Below, piece after piece: positions 1 to 9,590 of a stretch of DNA of 64,000 nt. The notes under the pieces are model-generated. The model did not search any database, was not told where the DNA came from, and saw only the letters and a list, made by a program, of their open reading frames with translations. Position 1 is the stretch's first letter, and each line of letters begins with the position of its first letter. The stretch is taken from positions 1 through 64,000 of the forward strand of contig JBHGBC010000009.1 in the NCBI GenBank assembly GCA_041946805.1, written 5' to 3'. The position numbers were made by a program, and so were the translations under genes. Source of the DNA: a bacterium (GTDB lineage: Bacteria; Hinthialibacterota; Hinthialibacteria; Hinthialibacterales; Hinthialibacteraceae).

Positions 1-2
1 GA

Positions 3-830
3 GTCACCGCGCGCATCCAGGCGATCGAGAGCATTCTGTGTGTGGGATTGGATCCCTCGCCGGAGAAAGTGCCGGCGTTTCTCCAATCACGGCCCGATCC
101 CCAGCTGGCCTGGAACCAGCTGATCATCGACGTGACGCACGATCTGGCATGTTGTTACAAACCCAACCTGGCCTTTTACCTGGCACGGGGCGAAGCAGGG
201 TGGCGGACCCTGCGCTCGACCATCCAGTACGCGGAAGACCACCAGGTCCCCGTGATTCTGGACGCCAAGTTCGGCGACATCGGCCATACCGCCCAGTATT
301 ACGCCCAGGCGGCGTTCGAGATTCTGAACACCGGCGCCGTCACGCTGAATCCCTACCTGGGGGAAGAGACGATCATTCCGTTCCGGTCGTACCGGGACCG
401 GGCATCGTTTGTTTTGTGCCTGACTTCCAATATGTCGCGGTGTGATTTTCAAACCCGTTCCGTCTTGCGGGGCGAGCTGCCGGAAACCCCCCTCTTCGAA
501 ACCGTGGCGCAGAAAGTCGTGGAATGGAACACGGAACAGAACTTGGGATTGGTGGCCGGCGCGACCGCGCCGGAGGAGTTGGAGCGGATCCGGGAAATCG
601 CCGGCCCCAGCATTCCCATCCTTTGCCCCGGCGTAGGAGTTCAGGGAGGCGACCTGGAAGAAGCTTTGTGGGCTGGTTACACGGGGGAGGGCAGTTTGAT
701 CATCAACGTGTCCCGCGCGATCGGAAGGGCGTCGGAAGAACCGGATTTGGGCGAGGTGGCCCGGCAGGAGGCGTCCATGTTCGTGAACCAATACCGGACG
801 TTTCTCGCGCAGTACCGGGAAGCGAACTAG
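3..830 (+). CDS. pyrF: orotidine-5'-phosphate decarboxylase (5'-truncated by window)
   Basis: LCVGLDP, YKPNLAFY, ILDAKFGDIGHT, VTLNPYLG, LCPGVGVQGG, INVSRAI motifs; the frame is open back to position 3. Confidence 0.93.
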   Translation, partial: VTARIQAIESILCVGLDPSPEKVPAFLQSRPDPQLAWNQLIIDVTHDLACCYKPNLAFYLARGEAGWRTLRSTIQYAEDHQVPVILDAKFGDIGHTAQYYAQAAFEILNTGAVTLNPYLGEETIIPFRSYRDRASFVLCLTSNMSRCDFQTRSVLRGELPETPLFETVAQKVVEWNTEQNLGLVAGATAPEELERIREIAGPSIPILCPGVGVQGGDLEEALWAGYTGEGSLIINVSRAIGRASEEPDLGEVARQEASMFVNQYRTFLAQYREAN

Positions 831-2245
831 ACGGCGGCGGGCGCGGCGGATTCTTTCTGCTCCATTTTTTGTATCGCTTCGAGCGTGGGGACCATGCCCA
901 GCATGAACCAAAAGGTCAGGCCGATTTTATCGGAGGGGCCCAGGTTGTTGACGAAGGCGTGGATGAGGTAGGTGAGCATCGCCCCTTGCAGCCCCAGGAT
1001 GAAGACGCGCTGGAAGCCGCTTTTCGCCGCCCGGTGCAGCAGGATCGTCCGGCGGTAAAAGACATACAGCATCACCAGGTAAAGGGTGATGCCCGCCAGG
1101 CCGGTTTCGGCCATGATTTCCAGGTAAATATTGTGCGCGCCCATGCGCATCATGGACGAGTAGGCGTCCCGGTGGACTTGGTAACTGAAATACACGTCGG
1201 GATAGGCCCCCCAGCCGGTTCCCAGATAGCGATGGTCCTTCCACATGTTCCAGGCGGCCGACCAGCGGTCGAGGCGGTCGTAGTTGGCGACGTATTGGAG
1301 ATCGGTGATCGTGTCGATCCGCTGCAGGAAAAGAGCGCCTAAGTCCGTGGTCACGGAGAGGATAAGGCCCAACAGCGTGAATAGGATCAGGACCACGATC
1401 AGGTCGGCCGCGGATTTGCGGCCGCGGAACTGGTAGAGATAGAACAGCAAGAGAAAGAAGACGCTGAACCAGGCCGCCCGGACGAAAGTCAACACGATGG
1501 CCAGGCCGAACATCGCGGTCAGGATTCCCAGAAAAAACCGGTTTTGTCCCGGTCTGGCGTCCAGAAAAAAGGCGAGCAGAAACGCGAAGGTGATGGTGAC
1601 GAAGGCCGCGTAGATGCAGTGTTCGACGAAGAAGGGGCTCGCGATTTTCCCGTAGATGTGAAGGCCGCCGGTCAATTGCGTCACGAATCCGTACATCACC
1701 AGCAGAGTGTGGACGAGGAGGATGCCATAGGCGGTTTGCCGGAGCCGGGCCTCGGATTGGATATACTTGGGAATCAGGAAATAGCCCGCGCCGATGTAGC
1801 CGGTGTCCCGGATCAAGGCTTTCAGAGTGCTGACGGGCTGCAGGGTATACGAGAGGGTCGCCGCCATCAGGAAATACAGCAAGGTCACGGGGACATTGAG
1901 GGGCGAGGGGCGGTAGGTGATTTTCCCGTTCCGCAGCGCGGTATACGCGAGCATGAGGAACAGGACGGGAATCAAAATCTCCGTGGGCGCCGTCAGGCGG
2001 TGGGTAGCCGTAATTTGGATTTCCACGGAGAAGGCCAGCTGGAGAAACAGGACCAGGGGTATGTATTCCGCCCCGTACCAGGCCGCCACCAGCCCGATCC
2101 CCGCGAACAGGGCGGCCGCCACCAGCCACGGCGTTTGCACCAGCACCACGAAACCGGTGATGGCCACGCAGCCGGCGGTCCCGATCAGGATTTCGGGACG
2201 GGTGAACGGCCGGGGGATGGGTGAGAGAATGGGCTTGGTCTCCAT
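827..2245 (-). CDS. O-antigen ligase / O-oligosaccharyltransferase-like (Wzy_C) membrane protein
   Basis: Polytopic membrane protein with TFVRAAW, DRLDRWSAAWNMW, LGTGWG and AHNIYLEIMAETGLAG motifs. Confidence 0.85.
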   Translation of the reverse strand: METKPILSPIPRPFTRPEILIGTAGCVAITGFVVLVQTPWLVAAALFAGIGLVAAWYGAEYIPLVLFLQLAFSVEIQITATHRLTAPTEILIPVLFLMLAYTALRNGKITYRPSPLNVPVTLLYFLMAATLSYTLQPVSTLKALIRDTGYIGAGYFLIPKYIQSEARLRQTAYGILLVHTLLVMYGFVTQLTGGLHIYGKIASPFFVEHCIYAAFVTITFAFLLAFFLDARPGQNRFFLGILTAMFGLAIVLTFVRAAWFSVFFLLLFYLYQFRGRKSAADLIVVLILFTLLGLILSVTTDLGALFLQRIDTITDLQYVANYDRLDRWSAAWNMWKDHRYLGTGWGAYPDVYFSYQVHRDAYSSMMRMGAHNIYLEIMAETGLAGITLYLVMLYVFYRRTILLHRAAKSGFQRVFILGLQGAMLTYLIHAFVNNLGPSDKIGLTFWFMLGMVPTLEAIQKMEQKESAAPAAV

Positions 2246-2256
2246 GGCTATGCGGC

Positions 2257-2349
2257 ACGTTATCGTCCCGGAAGGCCCCTGTCAAGCAATTCAATCCGCC
2301 GTGTAACGTCAAACCTCTGCTTGACAGAGACTTATCGTCCTCTTAAATA
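2257..2349. promoter_or_regulatory. back-to-back divergent sigma70-type promoters (putative)
   Basis: Plus strand: TTGACA at 2321-2326, 16 nt spacer, TTAAAT. Minus strand: TTGACA at 2285-2280, 17 nt spacer, TAACGT. Lies between divergent genes. Confidence 0.5.
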
Positions 2350-2414
2350 GGAGAAGTCATCCAGACACGGGAAGTGGTGATTTCCACCACGGCCGGGAGT
2401 GAGACGACCAGCGA

Positions 2415-3275
2415 ATGACACTGATCGAAGATCATGCCGACAGCCATCTGATAGGCCTCTATCTGCGCGATATCGGCAAATACCCCTTGTTGACCGCGGA
2501 CGAGGAAATCGAACTCTCCCAAAAAGCCCGCGCCGGCGATGCGGAAGCCCGCAGCCGCCTGATTCTTTCCAACCTGCGCCTGGTGGTGAACATCGCCAAG
2601 CGGTACCAAAACCAGGGACTGGGATTGATGGACCTCATTGAGGAAGGCAACTTGGGACTCATCAAGGCGGTGGAAAAATTCGACGCCGCCAAGGGTTGCC
2701 GCTTCAGCACGTATGCCACCTGGTGGATCCGGCAATACATCAACCGCGACATCACACACCACGGCAGCCTGGTGCGCCTTCCTTCCCACAAGCAGGAACA
2801 TCTCTACCGCGCCAAATCGATCTACCTCAAACTGTCCCAGACCATGGGCCGCGATCCCCATCCTTGGGACCTGATCGAAGAGTTGGAGAAGGAGATGCCC
2901 CCCGCCGCCGCCCAGGAGATCGTGGATCTGTTATTGTCCCCCGCGATCGTCGAACCGCTCTCCAACGCCGGCGAGGACGATCCCTACGTCATCAATTTCG
3001 AGGACACGCAGACTCCCCGCCCGGACCATGAGATCTCCCTCCTGTCGCGGGATCAACGCATCCGGGAATTCATCCAGCGGCTGGGCGAGCGGGAGCAGTT
3101 CATCATCAAGCGGCGGTTCGGGCTGGACGGCGGGGAGCCCATCTCGCTCAAGGAAATCGCCGGCGAGCTGAATCTGACCCGCGAACGGGTGCGCCAGTTG
3201 CAGCATGAAGCGCTGAAGGCCATCCGGGAAATGATGAAACAGAGTGGGGAATTACCCGATTTTGCCGGCCGCTAG
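2415..3275 (+). CDS. RNA polymerase sigma70-family factor, group 2 / RpoS-like (no region 1.1)
   Basis: [61 protein letters not shown]. Confidence 0.92.
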   Translation: MTLIEDHADSHLIGLYLRDIGKYPLLTADEEIELSQKARAGDAEARSRLILSNLRLVVNIAKRYQNQGLGLMDLIEEGNLGLIKAVEKFDAAKGCRFSTYATWWIRQYINRDITHHGSLVRLPSHKQEHLYRAKSIYLKLSQTMGRDPHPWDLIEELEKEMPPAAAQEIVDLLLSPAIVEPLSNAGEDDPYVINFEDTQTPRPDHEISLLSRDQRIREFIQRLGEREQFIIKRRFGLDGGEPISLKEIAGELNLTRERVRQLQHEALKAIREMMKQSGELPDFAGR

Positions 3276-3288
3276 AAAGGAGATCGTC

Positions 3289-3810
3289 ATGGATTTGAAA
3301 ACCATCTTCCGCCAGATCCCCGATTTTCCCAAACCGGGAATCAATTTCATCGACATCACCCCGCTGCTGTTGGATCCCGCCGCCTTCCGCTGGACGATCG
3401 ATCAGCTGGCGGCTCCCTACCAGGGGATGAAAATCGACAAGGTGATCTCCATCGAGTCGCGCGGTTTTCTGTTCGGCGCGCCGTTGGCCCTGGCCTTGAA
3501 CGCGGGCCTGGTGATCGTCCGCAAGCCCAAGAAACTGCCCTATAGCACGTATTCCTATACCTACCAATTGGAATACGGCCAGGACACGATCGAGATCCAC
3601 CAGGACGCGATCGATCCCGGCGACCGGATTGTAGTGCTGGACGATCTGCTGGCCACGGGGGGGACGGTCGCCGCGGCCCTGGAATTGTTGAAGAATTTCA
3701 CCTGCCAGGTCGCGGGCGTCTCCTGCGTGGTGGAATTGACCTTTTTGCATGGCCGCGACAAGCTGAAACCGCATCCGGTGCATTCCATCGTTACCTACGA
3801 CAGCGAATAA
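3289..3810 (+). CDS. apt: adenine phosphoribosyltransferase
   Basis: IPDFPKPGINFIDIT, IESRGF, RKPKKLP, LEYG, DDLLATGGT; AAGGAG SD before ATG 3289. Confidence 0.95.
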   Translation: MDLKTIFRQIPDFPKPGINFIDITPLLLDPAAFRWTIDQLAAPYQGMKIDKVISIESRGFLFGAPLALALNAGLVIVRKPKKLPYSTYSYTYQLEYGQDTIEIHQDAIDPGDRIVVLDDLLATGGTVAAALELLKNFTCQVAGVSCVVELTFLHGRDKLKPHPVHSIVTYDSE

Positions 3811-3877
3811 GGACTGGCCCTTACGGAGGAGAGACGCGGGACGGCGGATCTCCCTGAATCGAGGGAGGTGATGGGGC

Positions 3878-4966
3878 ATTACCCGGATCATCCTGCATGT
3901 GGACATGGACGCGTTTTACGCCTCGGTGGAGCAGCGCGACCACCCCGAGCTGCGGGGTAAACCGGTTGTGGTAGGCGCATCGCCCGCGGAAAGGGGCGTG
4001 GTGGCGGCCGCGTCGTACGAGGCGCGGCGGTTTAAGATCCGGTCCGCCATGCCCATGAGCCAGGCCCTGCGGATGTGTCCCGAGGCCATCCGGATTTCCC
4101 CGAACTTTTCCGCCTACAAGGCCGCGTCGGACGTGATCCACGCGATATTCCAGGAGGAAACTTCCCTGGTGGAACCGGTGTCGCTGGACGAGGCCTACCT
4201 GGACGTGAGCGGGAAGGCCGCGGGCTTCCCGGAGGCGGAAACCATCGGGCGGCGGATCAAGGACAAAATCAAGCGCCAAACCCAACTGAACGCATCGGTG
4301 GGCGCCGGTCCCAATAAGTTACTCGCCAAGATCGCGTCGGATTACGACAAGCCGGACGGTTTTTATGTCGTCCGGCCGGAGCAGGTGTTGGAATTTCTGG
4401 CGCCGTTGCCCGCCCGGCTGATTCCCGGCGTGGGCCCCAAGACGGAAGAAAGGCTCCGGCAATTGGGCATTGAAACCATCGGGCAGCTGCGGGCCAAGAC
4501 CTTGAAGACCGTTCAGGACGTGGTGGGGCGGAAATATGGCGAACGGTTGTATGAGCTGGCCCGGGGGATCGATGACAGTCCGGTGGTTTCGGAGTGGATC
4601 CGGAAATCGCTGTCGCAGGAACGCACCTTCGCCCACGATCTGTGGGACAAGGACCGGATGAAGGAAATCGTGCGGGGATTGGCTCATGAAGTCGCGGAAG
4701 GATTGGCCAAGGAGCGCCTCGAAGGCCGGACGGTGGGGATCAAGGTTCGTTTTAACGATTTCCGGATCGCCACGCGGGCCTTAACCCTCGATCATCAAAC
4801 CCGGGACGAGGAGGAAATCCGGTCGGCCGCGGAGTATTTGCTGGACCGGATGGATCTGCAACAGCGGCGGGTGCGGCTGTTGGGAGTCCGGGTGGCGGGT
4901 TTCGATCCTCCCGTTCCCATGGTCAAGAAGCCTTCGCCCCGCGACATGCAAATCACGTTTTGGTGA
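3878..4966 (+). CDS. dinB: DNA polymerase IV (start uncertain, probably ATT at 3878)
   Basis: IILHVDMDAFYASVEQRD, AASYEARRF, SLDEAYLD, NKLLAKIASD.KPDG, PGVGPKT. Confidence 0.93.
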   Translation: MTRIILHVDMDAFYASVEQRDHPELRGKPVVVGASPAERGVVAAASYEARRFKIRSAMPMSQALRMCPEAIRISPNFSAYKAASDVIHAIFQEETSLVEPVSLDEAYLDVSGKAAGFPEAETIGRRIKDKIKRQTQLNASVGAGPNKLLAKIASDYDKPDGFYVVRPEQVLEFLAPLPARLIPGVGPKTEERLRQLGIETIGQLRAKTLKTVQDVVGRKYGERLYELARGIDDSPVVSEWIRKSLSQERTFAHDLWDKDRMKEIVRGLAHEVAEGLAKERLEGRTVGIKVRFNDFRIATRALTLDHQTRDEEEIRSAAEYLLDRMDLQQRRVRLLGVRVAGFDPPVPMVKKPSPRDMQITFW

Positions 4967-4992
4967 TTTCCCGTATCCGGGCGTTCGATCCG

Positions 4993-5021
4993 GTGACCCG
5001 CCGGGACGGGAACGGTATAAT
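4993..5021 (+). promoter_or_regulatory. putative sigma70 promoter of argH
   Basis: GTGACC, 17 nt spacer, TATAAT, ending 27 nt before the argH ATG. Confidence 0.5.
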
Positions 5022-5047
5022 CCCTCATCCGATTCGAGGTGGACTCC

Positions 5048-6586
5048 ATGAAAAGCCCAGTTTGGCAGAGCCGCGCGAAGGGAACGGCGCGGGAGGAGTT
5101 TGTCGCGTTCGCGGCGGGCCGGGACGTGGTATCCCTGCCGGAAGCGGACAACGCCCTGACACCGTACGACATCTGGACCAACCAGGCCCATGCGATCGTG
5201 CTGCGGGATGCCGGCGTTTATACCGACGCCGAAGTCAAAAAGATCATCAGCGCCCTCAATCAAATCGAAATCCGGTGGGTGAAGGGCGATTGGAAACTCG
5301 ATCCGCGCCTCGAGGATGTGCATATCAATACGGAAGCCTTTGTGACCGAGGCTTGTGGCGAGTCTCTCGGCGGACGGCTGCATACGGGACGCAGCCGCAA
5401 CGACCAGGTGGCCACGGACATGAAACTGATGGTCCGCGGCAGGGTGCTGGAGTTTATCGAAGAGTCCCTGGTTCTGGTCCGCGCGCTGCTCGAGCATGCG
5501 CGGGAACACACGCGGACGGTGATGCCCGGGTACACGCATCACCGCAAGGCCACGGTTACCTCCTGGGGGCATTGGTGCGCGGCCTATGCTCAGGGTTTGC
5601 TGCGCGATATCCAGCGATATCAAGATCTGTATGAACGGATCGACACCTGCCCCTTGGGAGCGGCGGCGTCGTATGGAACTTCATGGCCTCTGGACCGCCG
5701 GCTCGCGGCCCGGCTGCTGGCGTTCGAGGCTTTACAGGAAAACACCCTGGACGCGGTCGGCTCCCGGGGCGAGGCCGAGGCGGAGACGGTTTCCGCCCTG
5801 GGCTTTTGGCTCAAGCGTCTCTCCGGCCTGGCGCAAGACATCATCCTCTTCTCGACCGAGGAATTCGGCTATCTCGTGCTGCCCGCCGATTTCACCACCG
5901 GCAGCTCCATCATGCCGCAGAAGAGGAATCCCGACTTCGCCGAAGCCATCAAGGGCAAGATGAGCCTGGTATCCGGTTACGCCACGGCGTTGCTGTCCCT
6001 GAACGCCTCCAACCTGGGCGGATATAACAAGGACATGCAGTGGTCCAAATATGCGTTTCTGGACGCCGTTCGGGAAGGCCGTGGCGCGGCCGCCATCCTG
6101 GCGGAGGTGATCCGCCGGCTGGAAGTGCGCCGGGAAACCATGGAAACAGCCGCACGGACGGGATTTCTCAACGCGGTGGATGTCGCCGATCACCTGGCCC
6201 GCCGGCGGGACCTTCCGTTCCGGCAGGCGTACCGGATCGTGTCCGAGGCCGTGGGAACCAGCCGGCAGCCGTTTTTCACGCTCGCGGCGTTGAACGCGCT
6301 GCTGGTATCCCATAAGGTTCCCCCGCTTGCCGCGGATGAGTTTCAACGGATCAGCAATCCGTTTGCCTGCCTGTTGAACCGCGGCCATGACGGATCGCCC
6401 AGCCCCCGCCAGGTCATCCGGCATTGCGGCGCCATGGAGAAGAAAATGCAGGGGTATGAGAACTGGCTGGCCGGGCGGCGAAGGAGGATTCAAACGTGGA
6501 GAAACGTCTGCGCGCGCTTTGATCCCGCCATCCCCCTGGCGGCGCTGGCCAAAAAAATGGGGAAGGATGCTACTGGGCCGGTATGA
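5048..6586 (+). CDS. argH: argininosuccinate lyase
   Basis: EDVHIN, LHTGRSRNDQVATD, MPGYTH, TGSSIMPQKRNPD, GYNKDMQ. Confidence 0.93.
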   Translation: MKSPVWQSRAKGTAREEFVAFAAGRDVVSLPEADNALTPYDIWTNQAHAIVLRDAGVYTDAEVKKIISALNQIEIRWVKGDWKLDPRLEDVHINTEAFVTEACGESLGGRLHTGRSRNDQVATDMKLMVRGRVLEFIEESLVLVRALLEHAREHTRTVMPGYTHHRKATVTSWGHWCAAYAQGLLRDIQRYQDLYERIDTCPLGAAASYGTSWPLDRRLAARLLAFEALQENTLDAVGSRGEAEAETVSALGFWLKRLSGLAQDIILFSTEEFGYLVLPADFTTGSSIMPQKRNPDFAEAIKGKMSLVSGYATALLSLNASNLGGYNKDMQWSKYAFLDAVREGRGAAAILAEVIRRLEVRRETMETAARTGFLNAVDVADHLARRRDLPFRQAYRIVSEAVGTSRQPFFTLAALNALLVSHKVPPLAADEFQRISNPFACLLNRGHDGSPSPRQVIRHCGAMEKKMQGYENWLAGRRRRIQTWRNVCARFDPAIPLAALAKKMGKDATGPV

Positions 6587-7860
6587 TGCGGGAAGCCAAC
6601 TCGAATCCGGCGGCCATCGAGTGCCGGCGCGTGGGCAAGACCTACACCCTGTCCTCGGAAACCGCCGGCACGTTCAAGGAAATGATCCTGCGGGGGGGCC
6701 GGGGCCAGCGCACCACGGCCGCCTTCGAGGCGCTCAAGGATATCGATCTCACGGTGCGGCGCGGCGAGATCGTGGGAGTGATCGGCGACAACGGATCCGG
6801 CAAGAGCACGCTGCTCAAGCTGGTCGCCGGCATTACCGCGCCCACGCGGGGCGAACTGATAGTCCATGGCGCCGTCTCCAGCCTGCTGGAGGTGGGGGTG
6901 GGTTTCCATCCCGAGATGACCGGGCGGGAGAATGTGTACCTGTCCGGATCGCTCCTGGGTATCCCTCCTGAAGATCTCACCCGCCGCATGCCGGACATCA
7001 TCGCCTTCAGCGAATTGGAGGACTTCATCGATTCGCCCGTCAAGCATTATTCCTCCGGCATGTACCTGCGGCTGGGATTCGCCATCGGCATTCACGTGCA
7101 GCCGGACATTCTGCTGATCGATGAAATCCTGGCCGTCGGTGACCAGCGTTTTCAGCGGCGTTGCAAGGAATATATCCGGGGATTGCGCGATTCCGGCAAG
7201 ACCATCCTGGTGGTATCGCATGACCTGGACGCCATCCTCAGCCTGTGTTCCCGCGCGGTGGTGTTGCACAAGGGGCAAATCCGGGGAGACGGCCACCCCT
7301 ATGAAATGATCGGCCTCTACAAGCAACTCCAGTTCCAGGAAGCCCGCCGCCGGGGAGAACGGCCCTCGGCGGAAATCGTCCGGCGCAACCGTTTTGGGAC
7401 ATTTGAAATCCGCTTCGACGGCGTGCGCATGAGAGACAGGGAGGGAGTGGAGCGTTACGTCTTCGAAACCGGCGAAAGCGTTCAGATCGAGTTCGATTGG
7501 ATCGCCAAGCGCCCCATCGCGTATCCGATTTTCGGGATGTCCATCATCACCGACCACGGCGATCCGGTCTTTACCGTGGCGACCGACGTGACCGTGGGAG
7601 ATGTGGAATCCCTCGAAGGATCGGGGACCACGGTATTTGCCTTTGAATCGTTGAATCTGCTCGAAGGAGCTTATAGTTTAACGTTTGGAATCACCCGGCG
7701 GGAGGAAGGGCCGGGATCCTCGTTCAATTTTTACGAAGGATTCGATCTGATCCAGCAAATGTGCCCGTTTTTAATCAAGCCAGGAAAAAAGGGGCATGGC
7801 CTGCGGGGGATTTTGTATCTGCCCTGTCAGGTGGAAATCCGAAGTAAACACAAAGCATGA
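6583..7860 (+). CDS. wzt: polysaccharide export ABC transporter ATPase with C-terminal Wzt carbohydrate-binding domain
   Basis: GDNGSGKSTLL, GVGFHPEMTGREN, YSSGMYLRLGF, DEILAVGD; C-terminal RFGT...FETGE beta-domain. Confidence 0.85.
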   Translation: MMREANSNPAAIECRRVGKTYTLSSETAGTFKEMILRGGRGQRTTAAFEALKDIDLTVRRGEIVGVIGDNGSGKSTLLKLVAGITAPTRGELIVHGAVSSLLEVGVGFHPEMTGRENVYLSGSLLGIPPEDLTRRMPDIIAFSELEDFIDSPVKHYSSGMYLRLGFAIGIHVQPDILLIDEILAVGDQRFQRRCKEYIRGLRDSGKTILVVSHDLDAILSLCSRAVVLHKGQIRGDGHPYEMIGLYKQLQFQEARRRGERPSAEIVRRNRFGTFEIRFDGVRMRDREGVERYVFETGESVQIEFDWIAKRPIAYPIFGMSIITDHGDPVFTVATDVTVGDVESLEGSGTTVFAFESLNLLEGAYSLTFGITRREEGPGSSFNFYEGFDLIQQMCPFLIKPGKKGHGLRGILYLPCQVEIRSKHKA

Positions 7861-7866
7861 AGGTCC

Positions 7867-8145
7867 GCCGAGGATTGAAATCCTCGGCGGCTTTGGCGGC
7901 CCCTTGAAAGGAGCGCTGGATGCGTCTTCGAATCCGGAGGTCGGTTTCCAACCATTCGCGGCCGTAAGTCAATCTGATTCTCTTTCCCTGTGGGAGAGGG
8001 CCAGGGTGAGGAAGAAATAGAAATGCCGAAAGCGAAATAGAGGCACGGAGCAACGTGCCCCTGCAACAACATCAAACGGAGTTTCCAAATACCCGGGATC
8101 CTGGCCTTGAGGATAAACGGGCTCCCCGCTTTCGTGGGGGATGAC
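7867..8145. repeat. mosaic of palindromic REP-like modules
   Basis: GCCGAGGATTGAAATCCTCGGC hairpin, CCCTTGAAAGG, CTCTTTCCC..GGGAGAGGGCCAGGGTGAGG (~7979-8011), AGAGGCACG..CGTGCCCCT (~8039-8062), CCCCCGCTTTCGTGGGGGATGAC. Confidence 0.8.
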
Positions 8146-8267
8146 ATCCTGGCTGGATTGGATGTCATGGGGCGAGGGGTGGGGAAATCGGTTCGGGAAT
8201 GGAATTCTTTTCCCATCGATCCCTAGTCACATTTTTACATCTATTCTCAATCCGGTGGGATGAATCC

Positions 8268-8996
8268 ATGGACGCGTTCGACCTCACGCTGGTGATCCCC
8301 TGCTACAACGACGGGCCGTATCTCGAAACGAGCCTGAGGGAGATCGAGCGCGTTCTCTCGCAGACGCGCTTCACGTACGAGATGATCCTGATCGACGATG
8401 GCAGCCCGGATGGCAGCGCCGAAAAAGTGAGAGAGGCCGCCGCGCGCCACGAGAACATCCGTGCCGTTTATCATCCCCATAACGTCGGCCGGGGTGGGAC
8501 GGTGGCGGAAGGCATGAAACTGGCGCGGGGAACCTATGTCGGGTATCTGGACATCGACCTGGAGGTGCACGCCCGGTATATCCCCGCCATGCTGCTGGCT
8601 TTGGATGAGGGATGCGATGGCGCGACCGCCCTGCGGCATTACGAAATCCGGTTGAGCGTCGATACTTTTTTCCGGCATGTGTTGAGCACCGGATACCGGC
8701 GGCTGGTGCGCTTATTCCTGGGCCTGCCCTACCAGGACACGGAAGCGGGATACAAATTTTTCCGGCGGGAGCGGATTCTGCCCTTGCTCGAAAAAACCCG
8801 GAATACAGGATGGTTCTGGGATACGGAGATCATGGCCCAGTGCCATTTTCATGGATTGCGGATTCAGGAAATCCCCGTGTTGTTCCTGCGCCGGTGGGAC
8901 AAGAAATCGACGGTTCGCCCCTTGCGCGACAGCTTTGTTTACCTGATCGAATTGATCCGGTTCCGGGCCCGCTTGCAGAAAGAAAAACAGCCATGA
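8268..8996 (+). CDS. glycosyltransferase family 2 (polyprenol-phosphate glycosyltransferase-like)
   Basis: LVIPCYND, IDDGSPDGS, NVGRGG, YLDIDLE, DTEAGYKFF, WFWDTE. Confidence 0.9.
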   Translation: MDAFDLTLVIPCYNDGPYLETSLREIERVLSQTRFTYEMILIDDGSPDGSAEKVREAAARHENIRAVYHPHNVGRGGTVAEGMKLARGTYVGYLDIDLEVHARYIPAMLLALDEGCDGATALRHYEIRLSVDTFFRHVLSTGYRRLVRLFLGLPYQDTEAGYKFFRRERILPLLEKTRNTGWFWDTEIMAQCHFHGLRIQEIPVLFLRRWDKKSTVRPLRDSFVYLIELIRFRARLQKEKQP

Positions 8997-9586
8997 TCAG
9001 CCCGATCTACTGGCATCCGCGCCTGTATGAGGCCGCGTTGCGTTTGTTGTACTTGTCTCATTACCGGGAACGCATTCAGGCCGTGGCGGAGCGGATTCCC
9101 GATGGATCCAGCGTCGCCGATGTGTGCGCGGGGGATTGTTCACTCGGCCGGTATGGATTGCGGGACAAACCGATCACCTATACGGCGTATGACTGGAATC
9201 CGGTTTTCGTCCGGTGGGCGCGGGGCAGGGGACTGGCCATGGAGAAGTTGGACTTGTGGAGCCAGGAAATCCCGTCCGCCGATTGCGTGGTCATGATGGG
9301 ATCCCTGTACCAATTCATCCCCCGGCAGGCCGAAGTTTTGGAAAAACTGATCCGCGCCGCCCGCCGCCGGGTGATTGTCAACGAACCGGTCATGAACCTG
9401 GCGCAAAGCACTCACCCCTGGGTGCGCCAAGCCGCCTATCTGCTCAGTTATGCCGGCCGCCACAGCAGCCGTCACCGTTTCACGGAAGGCGGACTGCGGG
9501 CCTATCTGGAGGAGCGGGGATTTCATTCCATCGCGCTCATCGCCGAGGGGCGGGACTTGGTGGCCGTGCTCGACAAGGCCAATTGA
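8993..9586 (+). CDS. class I SAM-dependent methyltransferase
   Basis: VADVCAGDCSL motif I, AYDWNP; ATGA overlap with the GT2 stop. Confidence 0.75.
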   Translation: MISPIYWHPRLYEAALRLLYLSHYRERIQAVAERIPDGSSVADVCAGDCSLGRYGLRDKPITYTAYDWNPVFVRWARGRGLAMEKLDLWSQEIPSADCVVMMGSLYQFIPRQAEVLEKLIRAARRRVIVNEPVMNLAQSTHPWVRQAAYLLSYAGRHSSRHRFTEGGLRAYLEERGFHSIALIAEGRDLVAVLDKAN

Positions 9587-9590
9587 CGGC

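Noticed and set aside
827..830. Convergent pyrF and ligase genes share the palindrome CTAG as both stop codons
   Set aside because: This is an ordinary 4-nt convergent overlap with no sign of special function.
7775..8216. Short ORFs containing SLSLWERARVR or PHPGPLPEGEG peptides (also near 34112, 51226, 59713)
   Set aside because: These are translations of the palindromic repeat, not genes.
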